From NCBI RefSeq assembly GCF_006345805.1, contig NC_043000.1, positions 119,226,001 through 119,290,000 of the forward strand: 64,000 bases of DNA. The letters are read 5' to 3'. The position numbers were made by a program, and so were the translations under genes. The DNA is from Octopus sinensis. Taxonomy: Eukaryota. The notes under the pieces were generated by a model. That model ran no database searches, was not told the origin of the DNA, and was given only the letters and a program-made list of their open reading frames with translations. This document shows, one piece after another, positions 25,942 to 38,370 of this stretch. Positions within the stretch are counted from its first letter, which is position 1. Each line of letters begins with the position of its first letter.

Positions 25942-26128
25942 TCTCAAGTTTTAAAACAAACATAATTTTCTTATGGTTTCTTAAACATTCTCTAGATCAA
26001 CACTGCAAAACCAAATATATGGCACCCTAGGTATAACACCAGCATGAACTTCCAGCTTGTTGTCTCTTGAGGTCTCTGGGTGAGACTTGGAACCAACTTG
26101 TACAAATGTAAAGCAAAAGTCAAACATA
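24217..26128 (+). mobile_element. 5'-truncated R4/Dong-type non-LTR retrotransposon (RT, CCHC and REL endonuclease)
   Basis: Single frame with GIFQGDSL, YMDD, GGRGL, ETIDHVVSKC, RHD and RPDIILKD...IDMSVP. One in-frame TGA at 25381-25383, a 3' UTR, and (TAA)n on both sides. Confidence 0.92.
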
Positions 26129-26129
26129 A

Positions 26130-26233
<104 letters not shown>

Positions 26234-26479
26234 ATTGGCCACAACACAATAATGAAATGCAAACAAACGGTAGAGGGATTTACATCTAGTAAAAAGAGAG
26301 TTTGTTTCGGGTAAGAACTGCATCCGGTTGCGATACTCCAGTTTGAGTGTTCAGATATTTTGGGTAGCACAGAGTCCCAAGTTTGTTCTGGCTTTGGAAT
26401 AGAAAGAGAGAGAGAGAAGAGGTCAACAAAAGCAAAGTATATAAGAATAAAAGAGTTCAGCTAAAAAAAGAGACTCGAG

Positions 26480-27040
26480 TTCGTCTTCACGCGACGACAG
26501 TCATTCGATACAAGCCCACAAATTAGTAATGCATGGGCACTGAGAGACGGCATGCCGGACGGTTTCGTCACCCTGTATGCATCTCAGCAGATTTGGCTTT
26601 TAGTACTATCTTGTCTGTAGAGATTGTCCCATGCAACTATATATAGCATTGCCAATACCAAGGACTTTCAAAAGCATTCCATAATAACTTACTCGAAAGT
26701 ACTCCAGATAAGACTGTTCGGACATCTGAGTCGGCGCCCAGATTCGATTTCTTGCAATCATCACTCATACCATCCAATAACTTTTTGTAGAATACGAGAG
26801 TTGTCCGGCTGATACAATACTTGTGAATGCCAGACACCGTTCGAGCTACAACACGCCAAACGTTGATCTACACTTGATCAATGATTGTGCGCCCTTGTTT
26901 TATGTTACCGGCGTCACTGTCGCAGTATTCAGGATATTTCTTCGTATCCATAATTCTCAGTGCTATCCGGCGCATAATCAGCGACAGTAATCCAGAGACC
27001 ACGACTGAGTGGATGTTGGCAGCATAAAGGCGTCAAATGA
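26480..27040 (-). mobile_element. Degenerate Tx1/L1-type LINE, C-terminal fragment
   Basis: Frameshifted WQCY...DNLYR and RCIQGDETVRHAVSQCPCITNLWACIE (Zn-knuckle region). Confidence 0.55.
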
Positions 27041-27239
27041 ATAAGTTATATAAAGTTTACACAGAAATCGAATGGAGTAAAACACTGTATAATATATAAA
27101 TAAGTGATAACACAGCTCTCCTCTTACAAAAGGATCTCTGGCTAGGACAAGTCAGAGAACTCCGCAGATCCAAGATCAGCCTGACAACAAAGAAAAAAGC
27201 TCTTTCCCAGCGTTTCTTCTCAGACCTATAGGTGCATGT

Positions 27240-27620
27240 TGACAGTAGACTCATTCGCTCAGGTGACTTTTGCTTTCTCTACTACCACCCACCTTTTAAC
27301 AAGTTTCTCAGAGAGAGTGGTTCTCTCTGCACCTGTATCATCCTTTCAAAGTTGAACTTGTCAATGAGTGTTTGACTGGAGTGGAAAATGACAATCTTCA
27401 GCCATTTGTCCATTATACAGCTTTGTCTACCATACAACCTCTTTTGTCACAGCCACCAAAGTAAGAGAAACAACCTGGCTTTCAAGGTTACAGAAAGATG
27501 ATTGGGTAATCTATATGTTGGACTCGATTAATAGATCCGTTCTTCACGCGAAAACACCTTGCGAGCTGTAGGTGCAGAACGGTTTCATCGCTTCCCGCGC
27601 ATCTCGAACCGGTTTGACTG
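27240..27620 (-). mobile_element. Degenerate Tx1/L1-type LINE, extreme C-terminus
   Basis: Remnants such as VVSLTLVA and SEKLVKRWVVVEK; broken frames. Confidence 0.4.
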
Positions 27621-27920
27621 ACAGCCCTTTCGTGTCTATAGAATTTATTTCTAACCTTTAATGTCATTCGGTTTCACTACCTGGTCAAGGGTTTATGGAA
27701 GTTATCCATTTCCCCGGCCAAAAATACCTCCGAAATAGACTGAACGGTGCATTTCCTTTAACGACCAGATCTTTCTCTTGCCCGCTACCAGTTTTCTAGT
27801 GATTGTTAACGTGTAACCTGTGCTGACCACGTTGGCAGACAGGCAGAAAGTGGTGGGTATATGACAATATTTCAGATGGTTGGCGCCCAGGAAGTTATTA
27901 GACGAATGTATTAAATATCT

Positions 27921-28136
27921 TGAATCTTTACCTTTTGACCTACAGTAATTTTATTCAGCTGAATACACGTCATTGATTGGTTAACGTAAAATAACTTCGT
28001 GAATATAAGTTTTTCTCAAAAATGCTAAGACTAAAAGATGTTTTATCTGACACGGTCTACCAGTGTCCGAAGTTTGAAAGTGTTTAGTTACAAAAAATTA
28101 TTTTTTAAATTTGTTGGTCAAAAGGTAAAGATCCAA
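27921..28136. mobile_element. MITE with TIRs of about 25 bp
   Basis: tgaatctttaccttttgacc / ggtcaaaaggtaaagatcca; second, partial copy at 57712-57930. Confidence 0.7.
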
Positions 28137-28520
28137 TATCTTATGGGGTAGGGTTTTAGAAAACAGAAATAGCATTCGCAGTCACGGCTGTTGTAGTGTT
28201 AATTTTATTTAGCAAACATTAAGATAAGAAATTATCCCCATCCCCATCTCATATCCTCTGCCATTCTGCTAATAAGCAAATACATATTGTGAGCTGTTGA
28301 ATTATGTAAATAACTTAGGCATTCATGCTATCCCGGATATAACCGATTCTTGCGTAACTAATACAAGACATCTAACAAATAATGTCTAACAGATAAAAGC
28401 TCTTAAAACTTGTAAGAAATAATCACATCCAATGCGTATATATACGCATTGTTTTCATAACGTATATATACGTTCTCAAACTATATAAAATAGATTAATT
28501 TACTTGCTTTTTTTCTTCAG

Positions 28521-28632
28521 CACGTACGCTCGTATCCGTCTAATTTGAAGAAGTCTTCGATGAGAATGATGGAACACAACATTCACTTTTTTCTGGTGCT
28601 TCTCAGCGCATTTTCTCAGTCGTTGCCAATTG
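28521..28632 (+). CDS. Candidate host-gene exon containing a start codon and signal peptide
   Basis: Acceptor tttttttcttcag, donor G|GTGAGT, 112 nt. The only open frame reads HVRSYPSNLKKSSMRMMEHNIHFFLVLLSAFSQSLPI, ending in phase 1. Confidence 0.45.
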
Positions 28633-28879
28633 GTGAGTATAAAATATTTTGTATCATAATTTACAACATGCAGCTCGATAACGATTGCAGCCAAAATATT
28701 ACTTTAAATTAAGATACTACAAAGGTTCTACAACAGAATCAACATACGTGTTGACGGCCAAGTGTTACAGGCTGTGTTCTCGAAACGCATGGGAATACAT
28801 GGTTCACATACTATTTTAGCTAAATCCAAGATTAAAATTTTTAATTCCTTCACCAAGAATAAATGCGAAGATGACTCAT

Positions 28880-30000
28880 CAACTCTCTCGCTTCTTTTTA
28901 TTTCAACTGACTCAACCCCAAAAATTAATTGATTTATTCGTCTAACCTAATTTCTTTGTCATTTCTAGCAACTTCCTTCTGTTGACATTTTTTAATGCTG
29001 GCAATCTTTTTCTTACTTCTTTACTCATTACTTCCTGCAACTCATCTAAAATCTTTTGATCTTCCTCACTCAAATCACTTAAGTCGTTGGTGCCAGTTGT
29101 CCTTCCCTTATCGGTAGCTCTATTATTATTATTTTTTTCCTGAGGTTCTTTGGTTTGAGATATATTTCTAATGTTGTTTGTCTTTCCCATTGCCTGGTCT
29201 TTCTTTTCCAGTTCTCTTGTGATCTCCTCTACCTCCAATTCTGTCGTGCACTCTCTTCTAATAGCATTAGCTTGATCAACTAATCTCTGCTCAGTCACTT
29301 TAAACATACCCTTCTCTACCCAAAGTATTAACATCCGTTTTCTATAGCCTCCTCTTTTAGGTCCACTTTCTAAGTAGCACTGCATCATTATCCTGTTTTC
29401 TTCGCTGGTCCATTTCCTCCTTCTTATTCTATTATCTGCTGATACTCTATTAGGATAACAGCCGTGATCAATCTGCATCTTTACTTATCCACTGTCGACC
29501 GAGAGGCCTTGCTTTAAAGGTCCAGCTTCACTTTCGCTGTTACAACCAGTGTTCTTCGGAAACTCCTATTTCTCATAACCTGAAGTAAAGTAACGTTCGT
29601 CACAATCTTCATCACCATTATTATTTCTCGACATCTGAAAGTTTCAAGTTTCAAGCGACTTTCTATTACATCATTTGTTGCACCTTTGTGCTAGTAGGAT
29701 GGTGTGATCCGCATATTGCATCAGTAAGTTTTGTTATGGGGTTTTCTTTGAGTCATTTCTTGTTTTATCTTGTGTATTGTTTGTGTAGCGCAAGTTGTGT
29801 TCTTCTGTAAGGTATCGGCCCTCTATGGCATATGTTTTGGGTTTTGTTCATTTTGTTGGATATTTACAGAATGAGTTTATGCTTGTATGTTTTTGAAGGG
29901 GTGTTGCATAGTAGTGTGCGTATGTGTGTAACTTCTAAATCAACTATTTTATAGTATTTATGATTATCCGTCCGCCGTTCTTTTGCTTGGTTCCGTTAAT
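28880..30000 (-). mobile_element. 5' part (UTR and N-terminal ORF) of an R4/Dong-type LINE; the 3' part is lost
   Basis: ORF 28942-29478 RRKWTSEENRIMMQCYLESGPKRGGYRKRM...VTEQRLVDQANAIRR resembles R4/Dong N-termini. Its 5' side abuts an (AAC)/(AAT) microsatellite. Confidence 0.7.
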
Positions 30001-30224
30001 TATTATCATTATTGTTGTTGTTGTTGTTGCTGCTGCTGCTGCTGCTGCTGTTTTTGTTTTGGTGGTGGTGGTGGTGTTGTTGTTGTAGTTGTTGTTGTTG
30101 TAGTTGTTGTTGTTGTTGTTGTTGTTGTTGTTCACTCTCATTATCATCTTCTTTCAATTCTATTTCCTTTTCTTGCCGAGTACCTTCCTGACACCTATGG
30201 CAGAGACACGTACTGTATACATTT

Positions 30225-30865
30225 GTAGGCCATTAAAATAATCACACCAGATTGTTCACTTACAAAGTCATGTGATAGAAAAAAGGGGAAAGAAAGACAG
30301 AGAGAAAAACAATTATTGAGTGAGAGAGCAGTGCATGCCATCAAAGTGACACTGGGGTAAAATATACGAAGTCCAGTATAACCATCATGACTGCCTGGCT
30401 GATAAGGGTACACCAGGCACATGCATCACAACCATATGTGCGCGACATGGTGATCTCATATCAAGATAAACAGCGCATGACCTCGCAGGTGGGGGCCAGT
30501 TAGAATTTTTTTCTGGTTGGGTAGCCAATCCCACCCAAAAGATCCCTGAATAAGGATTGTTTAAGGATGTTGAACGAACCACCCTTGTTTCCAGAGGTGA
30601 ATTTGTCATTCCCCAAAGAATCCCTCTCAACACATGGCTATGATGCTCCCCCACTACTTCTGCGCGTGGTCAGAGATGCACATATCGTCAGCCACTAAGG
30701 GACATGGTCAACTGGTTAAGGTCTAACAACTGACAAGCAAATCTGTGGTATTGAGCAGAATATTTGCTGTAGCCCATCTTTTATTCCAAGACAAAACAAT
30801 GTACATGATAACACTTCCAATCAGTTAAAATCAGAAGCCATGAGAGCCACTGTCGGGTACTGCAT
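30225..30865 (+). repeat. Probable interspersed repeat or LINE 3' region with an (ATC)n/(ATT)n tail
   Basis: Relatively GC-rich non-coding block ending in a trinucleotide tail. Only one copy is in the window, so the family is unconfirmed. Confidence 0.35.
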
Positions 30866-30888
30866 TATTATCATCATCATCATCGTCG

Positions 30889-30966
<78 letters not shown>

Positions 30967-31138
30967 TATTATTATTATTATTATTATTATTGTTGTTGTT
31001 GTTGTTGTTGTTATTTTAATCTGCAGCAAATTTAATTAATTGATAACAACAATAATAACATTAGTAGCAGCATACGGTATTCGTTTTAAACAACTATACA
31101 ATCAATACATAAATATATTAGAGGGTATACGAAGTACC

Positions 31139-31369
31139 AGTAAAAAATTCCAACTTTACGACCAATCTCACTGAAAATATGCAACGAAGCAACAGAAATC
31201 GGGCAAAAGAGCGGCATTTAACATATTATCTCAGCTAAAATGCCGTCTGTTACCTCATTCTACGGCTTTTTAGTTGAAATAGTATTTTTAATTCCTCTCA
31301 CTTGCTCGATTTCTGTTGGTCCGTTGCATATTTTCAGTGAGATTGGTGGTTAACTTGGAGGGTTTTACT
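31139..31369. mobile_element. MITE-like inverted repeat
   Basis: accaatctcactgaaaatatgcaacg...aacagaaatcg / cgatttctgtt...cgttgcatattttcagtgagattggt. Confidence 0.7.
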
Positions 31370-31419
31370 TCCACTTTCTAGCGAGCTGGTGCTTTGTGTA
31401 CTCTCTAATATATACATAA

Positions 31420-31620
31420 GGCGCTGAGCTGGCAGAAACGTCAGCACGCCGGGTGAAATGCTTAGCGGTATTTCGCCTGCTGCTACGTTCTGAGTTCAAA
31501 TTCCGCCGAGATCGACTTTGCCTTTCGTCCTTTCGGGGTCGATTAAATAAGTACCAGTTACGTACTGGGGTTGGTTTAATCGACTTAAATCCTTTGTTTG
31601 TCCCCCTATAAAGAAATAAA
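31420..31620 (+). mobile_element. SINE family B
   Basis: Family B consensus motifs. Confidence 0.8.
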
Positions 31621-31760
31621 TATAACTATATACATATATCTGGGGGGGGTTGGTGTGGATGTGGGTGTTTCTGCGTGTTTATAAGTGTCTTCTGCTACAA
31701 CATTGCGCCGACCAAAGTCTTGTGAATTGATTTGGGTGACGGAAACTGAAAGAATCCTGT

Positions 31761-31795
<35 letters not shown>

Positions 31796-31978
31796 ATTCT
31801 GTATTTATCCACCATCACTGCTTGACAACCGGTGTTCTGTGTCTATGTCTCCGTAACTTAGTGGTTCGGCAAAAGATAGTGACAGAATACAATACTAGGT
31901 TTCAAAAATATAAGTCCTTCACGGTTGTGACCCAGCGTGGCCGCAGTCAAGTGAAAGAAAAAAGAAAAGATATGTATT

Positions 31979-32030
<52 letters not shown>

Positions 32031-32485
32031 AAAATAAAACAAGGTAGAAAATGTTAAAATGATTTTATCGTGAAGAACATTTTGGTACCGGTTTCAATCT
32101 TCAAGACTTTTTCAACTTAGAGTAAAGCATGAAAGGCAATTAAATTGTGAAAAAATTAAATGAAATGTTTTTTAAATATTTTCATAGTTTTCAAATGCAA
32201 GGGACATTTATGTACAGTTGCGGCCAAAATGTTCAGAACGGCATTGTTTTCGTCAGAAAAGTAGGTATAAGTTTTTATCAAAGTTGTTTTATATTCTATA
32301 ATTTTTACAAACAATAAATACAATATTAATTGTTATTGACTGAAATTTTGGTGTAATTTGAGAGGATAATACAAAAGTTATGGATGATTTAATGATTTAT
32401 TGCAAAACCCATGGCGGCCAAAATGATCAGAACGATTGAAAAAAATAACAAAATAATCAAAAATGACAGAGAAAACTGGAATTAT

Positions 32486-33501
32486 TTAATATTTAGTGTG
32501 AAGCCGTTTAGCTTCAATCACACTCTGACATCTTCGACTGCATGAGGAAATTAAATTTTCAATTTCTTGCTGGGTGATCTTATTCCATTCTTCCTGAAGG
32601 GCATTCCATAATTGCTCAGTTGTTTTAGGATTTCTGGCTTTCGAACGTTCTCCTAGAATATTCCACACATTTTCAATAGGATTGAGATCTGGGCTTTGAG
32701 CTGGCCAATCCATAACAATAACCTTTTCAGCCTTGAGAAAGTTCATGACCACCTTAGCCTTGTGACATGGGGCATTGTCCTGCATGAATATGGGTGGTCG
32801 CTTAGTTGAATTTCTCAGCACAGGCAAGACATGATCTTTTACAACTTGTTTATAAACTCCTGCATTTAACTTTCCATGTAATCGCACCAAAGGGCCCACA
32901 CCATCTCCAGATATCATTCCCCAAACCATGACACTTCCTCCACCGAACTTAACACTAGTCTTAAGGCATTTAGGCAACAATTTTTCACCTACTTTTCTAC
33001 GAACGTACCTTTTCCCATCTGAGCCAAATAGCATAAACTTAGATTCATCACTGAAATGCACCGTTTGCCAATTTTCTTGAGACCACAACACATGTTCGGT
33101 TGCAAAGGTAAGACGACACTTTTTATTCTTGGAGCTGATCAGTGGCTTCACTGCAGGCGCTCTTGCTTGTAGGTCATGTTCAACTAAACGACGAGACACA
33201 GTTTTTCGAGATAAAGTTTTCTTCAATACAATGCTCATTTTCCGAGAAACAGCAGCAGCAGTTTTAAATCTGTCCTTTTTAACCAACTTCACCATAGCAC
33301 GATCTTCCCTCTTGGTCGTTTTCTTGGCCTACCTGTAAACTTTCTTGCTTCACACGAACCACAATCATCGTAGACCTTAAGAATACCGCGTACAACACTT
33401 TTTGACTTGTTAACAATCTTTGCCATAGATCCAATACTTAAATTATCCTTCCTTCGAAGCTTAATAATCTGCTGACGAATTGGTAACGGAGTAAATGGCA
33501 T
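32486..33501 (-). pseudogene. Tc1 transposase of about 338 aa with one -1 frameshift
   Basis: MPFTPLPIRQQII...GRPRK joins TTKREDRAMVKL after adding 1 nt in an A-run near 33320. Motifs FSDESKF, QDNAPCH, SPDLNPIE, with 34 residues between the second D and the E. Confidence 0.92.
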
Positions 33502-33765
33502 TATATTAACAAAGTACACTGCAAATATTCTTACTAATGTTAGTAAACGAACCGTCACGTAAACAAATTCAAAACATTAGAGTTCGCCGGTTAAATATAC
33601 TAAAACACGGAGTAAAAGCAACCGTTCTGATCATTTTGGCCGCCATGGGTTTTGCAGTAAATCACTAAATCATCCATAACTTTTGTATTATCCTCTCAAA
33701 TTACACTAAAATCTCACGCAATAATAAATAATATCGTATTTATTGTCTGTGAAAATTATAGAATA

Positions 33766-34161
33766 CTAGCAGTATCGCCCGGCGTTGCTCGGGTTTGTAA
33801 GGGAAATAACTATATAAGCATTTTTAGAGAGTTATAGCCAAAAAATAGCAAAAAAATGCATTAAAAATGGAAAAAAATTATGGTAAATTTTTTTTTAAAT
33901 CGTTGACTCATCGTAGACATTTTTAGAGAGTTACTTCCCTTTTTTACTAGCGAAAAAATGCAGTAAAATGGAAAAAAATGATGGTAATTTTTTTTTAAAT
34001 CGTAGACTCATCGTAGACGCGCACTAATACCCAGAAGGGCTCGATATGAATCACGACTATAAGATACCCGGTTTTGGTTAAACTGCACCGCAAAATGTGG
34101 GAGTAGTTAGGAATCTAAATCGTAGGAGACAGACACACAACTTGACTTTTATATATAAAAA
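33766..34161 (-). mobile_element. Non-autonomous Helitron nested in the Tc1 right TIR
   Basis: Reverse complement of both ends of 439-946. It interrupts the TIR sequence gaata|taaaacaac. Confidence 0.88.
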
Positions 34162-34247
34162 TAAAACAACTTTGATAAAAAATTATATCTACTTTTCTGA
34201 CGAAAACAATGCCGTTCTGAACATTTTGGCCGCAACTGTATATGTAA

Positions 34248-34476
34248 GGCGGCGAGCTGGCAGAAAGGTTAGCACGCCGGGCGAAATGCGTAGCCGTATT
34301 TCGTCTGCCGTTACGTTCTGAGTTCAAATTCCGCCGAGGTCGACTTTGCCTTTCATCCTTTCGGGGTCGATAAATAAAGTACCAGTTACGCACTGGGGTC
34401 GATGTAATCGACTTAATCCCTTTGTCTGTCCTTGTTTGTCCCCTCTATGTTTAGCCCCTTGTGGGTAGTAAAGAAA

Positions 34477-34478
<2 letters not shown>
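34248..34478 (+). mobile_element. SINE family B, full length
   Basis: ggcggcgagctggcagaa...gagttcaaattcc...gtgggtagtaaagaaa. Confidence 0.88.
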
Positions 34479-34553
<75 letters not shown>

Positions 34554-35173
34554 ATAGAAATATGTTGCAAAAAGAAAATAGAAACTACACGTGGAAATGT
34601 AAGCTGAAAGTACGAAGAAAAATAAGTGAAAATGCACATTGGAAATCAAAAAAAAGTAAAGGCTTTTGATGAAAAGTAACAATGGATATATACAGTTAGA
34701 TGAACTGAGGTAGGAATAAAAGTAATAAAAGTCATTATTGTGAATTGTTAAAGATATTCAAAAGCGTATATATATATATATATACATATACACACACATA
34801 CACACATATATAGACATGTATATGCAAACATATGTATATATAATGAATCTATGGTGAAATTCTCACATTATACTAAAATCATATTTTCATATTTTAAACC
34901 AGTTACCTAATAGGTTCCCAATAATAAATCTTAGCTTCTATTTATCCATTTCCTTTATTGTCGTTAAGTAAATCTTTACGCATTCTCATTTGTTTTCAAG
35001 GTCTATGTTCAATAAAAAAAGAAATATTTGATAATGCAGTGTTTGTCCTTCGAGCTTCCTTTCTACGATTTCTTTTATATCTTTCTTTATGCGTCTTTCT
35101 TTATATTATTTGGTTTATTGTTCTATATTCTATATAAGTATATAGATGTAGGTCAGTGTGTGTGTGTGTGTGC

Positions 35174-35250
<77 letters not shown>

Positions 35251-35639
35251 ACAGCTCAAAGAAAGCAGAGAGTACATATAGAATGTCCAGTTTTTTTAAT
35301 CATTAAAGTCATATTGAGTTCTTTTCAGCAGTTTGTTTGTGTTCATACTTGCACCACAGCCCATAAACATTAATACATTTCTCCTTCATTCTTTCTGTAA
35401 TTCTTTTCCTCTCCTCTTCGCCGTTCTCTGTCTGTTCCTCTCTCTCTCTCTCTCTCACTCTCCCGTCTTTGTACTCTCGTTGCTCGCATGTGACCATTGG
35501 CCATCATTCTTTTCCTAACTTGAATTTCTTTCTTTCTGATCAGACGCAGAGATAAGACGCATTCTTGTCTGTCTTCTATCAAAGCTTATTCCTCCGCTTT
35601 CACCAACTCAACTCGTTCAGGCTTAGCAGCCTTTCCTGC

Positions 35640-35930
35640 TTGTTTTCACTGTCCTGTTTTTGTTACCAGCTTTGACCCTTCACAAAATCCCAAATTTCAT
35701 TTAATTTGCTTTGCAGAAGCAACTGTTTTGTCGAAAACGTATCTTGTAGTGAATTTCTCGAAATACGAAACAGCCGACAACTGATGAAGGGTCATTTGTT
35801 TTTTTTATATTTTTATGTTGCATGTCTTGTTTTCCGTTTGTTTGTTTCGATGTTCGCAAAAAAGTTCGTATTCCATGTTTTCGTATTTCGTATTTCATGT
35901 TGTTTACGTTCTGTGGTGTCCTGTGTCCAT
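35640..35930 (+). repeat. Interspersed repeat, same family as 2620-2990
   Basis: Shared aaaatcccaaattt...caactgatgaaggg...ggtgtcctgtg. Confidence 0.55.
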
Positions 35931-35964
35931 ATATGCACGTGTATATACATATATATGTATGTAC

Positions 35965-35997
<33 letters not shown>

Positions 35998-36213
35998 TGT
36001 ATGTATGTATGTATGTATGTATGTACGTATGCATGCATATACATTTATATATTATCTATATTGTTATATATGTTTGTGTGTGCATGTATGCGTATCTGCG
36101 AAGATATATGTATATGTGTGTTTGTATGTGTATATATGTATACATATGTGTAAGGTGATAAGCGTGTATGTCTGCACCTCTGTGTGTGTATGTACGTGTG
36201 GGGATGTGTGTGT

Positions 36214-36251
<38 letters not shown>

Positions 36252-36259
36252 TGTGTGCG

Positions 36260-36308
<49 letters not shown>

Positions 36309-37206
36309 AGCTTGAGAAAGTGATTGAAGTTTTATGACTTTCTGCTGCCTTGAGATTTGCTTTCTTTCACCTCATTTGCCAAGCAAGATATATTTCTCGT
36401 TTCAACGACCTCAAAGACATAAATCGGCCACAGCTTGTCTAAGCTTCTTGCCCTTCCTCATAGCAAGCCATGGCTATTAACTAAAATAACTCTTTCAAAT
36501 AAAAAGGCTGTTTTATCTCTTTGCTTCTTGCGTGCCCGCTATACATCTGATTTCTCTAAAGATTCAAATTTAAAAATACCATTTATCCAATATGGTATTG
36601 GATTTGTCATCAAAGTTTCATCTCACTTGCTTATACCTGTTTAAAATTTTACCTGAGGATGGTGGATTTATGCTATGATCGTAAGCTCAACACTCTAACC
36701 ACTGAGCCATGCGCCTTCACTTTCAACACTGTGTCTATAAGAGATGTTTTCTTAAGACGAATACTGAAGTTTTCAGGCTTTCAACAGTGTCTGTTATCTT
36801 TTACCTTTTTCGGTCACGATACTTTGGTCATACTGGGACATCACTTTGAAGGGTTTAGTCGAATAAATTGACACCAATACTTCTTATTTTTTATTTTCTA
36901 TTTATTATTTTTTTTGTCTAAGCTTATTCTATCGTTGCTTTTTTTTAACCGCACCACGGCCGTAAACAAACAAACACCAGATGTCAAGCGGGAGAAGGGG
37001 AGACAAGTTCAAAGACACACACACATAAATGAATACATAGATATATGTACGATGGGTTTTATAAAACTGTCAATCTCAACGCTATAACAATGCCGTAGTC
37101 ATAACTGGTTACAAAATGGCGTTCAATAAAGAAATAAAGAAATAAAGAAGAAAAACAGTGAACTTGTTTTTGTAAACTACAATATTCATACTATCAATTT
37201 GGTTGG

Positions 37207-37430
37207 AATACCTATTTCTTTAGTACGCACAGGGGGCTGAACACAGAGGGGACAAACAAGGAGAGATAAACGGATTAAGTCGATCATATCGACCCCAGTA
37301 CGTAACTGGTACTTATTTAATCGACCCCGAAAGGATGAAAGGCAAAGTCGACCTCGGCGGAATTTGAACTTGGACGAAATACCGGTAGGCATTTTGCCCG
37401 GTGTGCTAACGTTTCTGCCAGCTCGCCGCC
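37207..37430 (-). mobile_element. SINE family B
   Basis: Reverse complement of the family B consensus. Confidence 0.85.
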
Positions 37431-37670
37431 TTTTGGTTGGAATGCCTGCTCCTAATTGTGATATATTGACGTTAGCTTTTTTTTTTCGGTGTGACTCAAT
37501 TGCGTTATTCGTTCTTTTCCTACTCAAAACACCGTTGGCAAAAGCTGAAAGGTACTTGTCAATCTTTGTCAAATCCGAAACTGAAATCACGTATTATTAT
37601 TTTGTAATGACGTCAAACGCTTACAGCCCTTTATTCAGATGGAGAATCCACGTTGGCGTTATATAGAAAA

Positions 37671-38044
37671 CTAGCACTATGACCTGGCAACGCCGGGTCA
37701 TAGTGCTAGTGCATGCTTATACAGCTGCGTGCATGCACACATACACGCGAGTACTGTCCATATCTACGACTAATCACATACAGCTAGCTGGCATTCAATT
37801 GGCGTATCAAGTTGCGGGCATTTCGATTGGGTTTTGGATAGAAAATTCACAAAAATGTCACTTCTATTAATTTTTTAAGGGCTTTGCAGGGTGACTGGGA
37901 AAATGTGCACATCTTTATGTGCACGACCACCCTTAGACGGTTTTAAATGACCATAGAAAGTGCGAGCCCTCTAACTGAAAAATTGTGGATTTGTATAAAG
38001 GACACACACACAGACAGACATTTTGCCGTTTATATATAGAGCGA
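37671..38044 (-). mobile_element. Non-autonomous Helitron, third subfamily
   Basis: Minus strand reads A|TCGCTCTATATATAAACGG...tgtctgtctgtg ... terminal hairpin-CTAG|T. Confidence 0.65.
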
Positions 38045-38109
38045 TTAGTGGTGGGTAAGAAAGATGTCGTTCTCGGAGAAATCTAGGCGTCGACGAAAAT
38101 CACCCGGAT

Positions 38110-38370
38110 AGTCTTTCCCATGGGGATTTTTGGACTTGAGCCCATGGATAATTTCCAGAAATCCCTTACCCGGCAGTGCTAGTGCTAGCAAGAAACACTG
38201 CCTATTCGAGACAAACTATATAGGCAAGGAAGAACCGTTGACCAGGTCCGTCCGAGATGCTATCAGATTGACAAAATTGTTCTGCACGCATTCGTCCAGT
38301 ACCTGATCGTTGCTGGCATGTGGAACTATGTCGAATGCTTACGTCACGTGGGGCACCACATCAAACCCAG
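38110..38370 (+). mobile_element. Tx1/L1-type LINE, C-terminal fragment
   Basis: PMDNFQKSLTRQC* ... LPIRDKLYRQGRTVDQVRPRCYQIDKIVLHAFVQY...MWNYVE. Confidence 0.6.

Larger units (their letters stand above)
32215..34238 (-). mobile_element. Tc1-family (DD34E) IR/DR transposon
   Basis: TA|CAGTTGCGGCCAAAATGTTCAGAACG ... CGTTCTGAACATTTTGGCCGCAACTG|TA. TIRs of about 220 bp, each with an inner direct repeat gcggccaaaatgatcagaacg. Confidence 0.95.
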
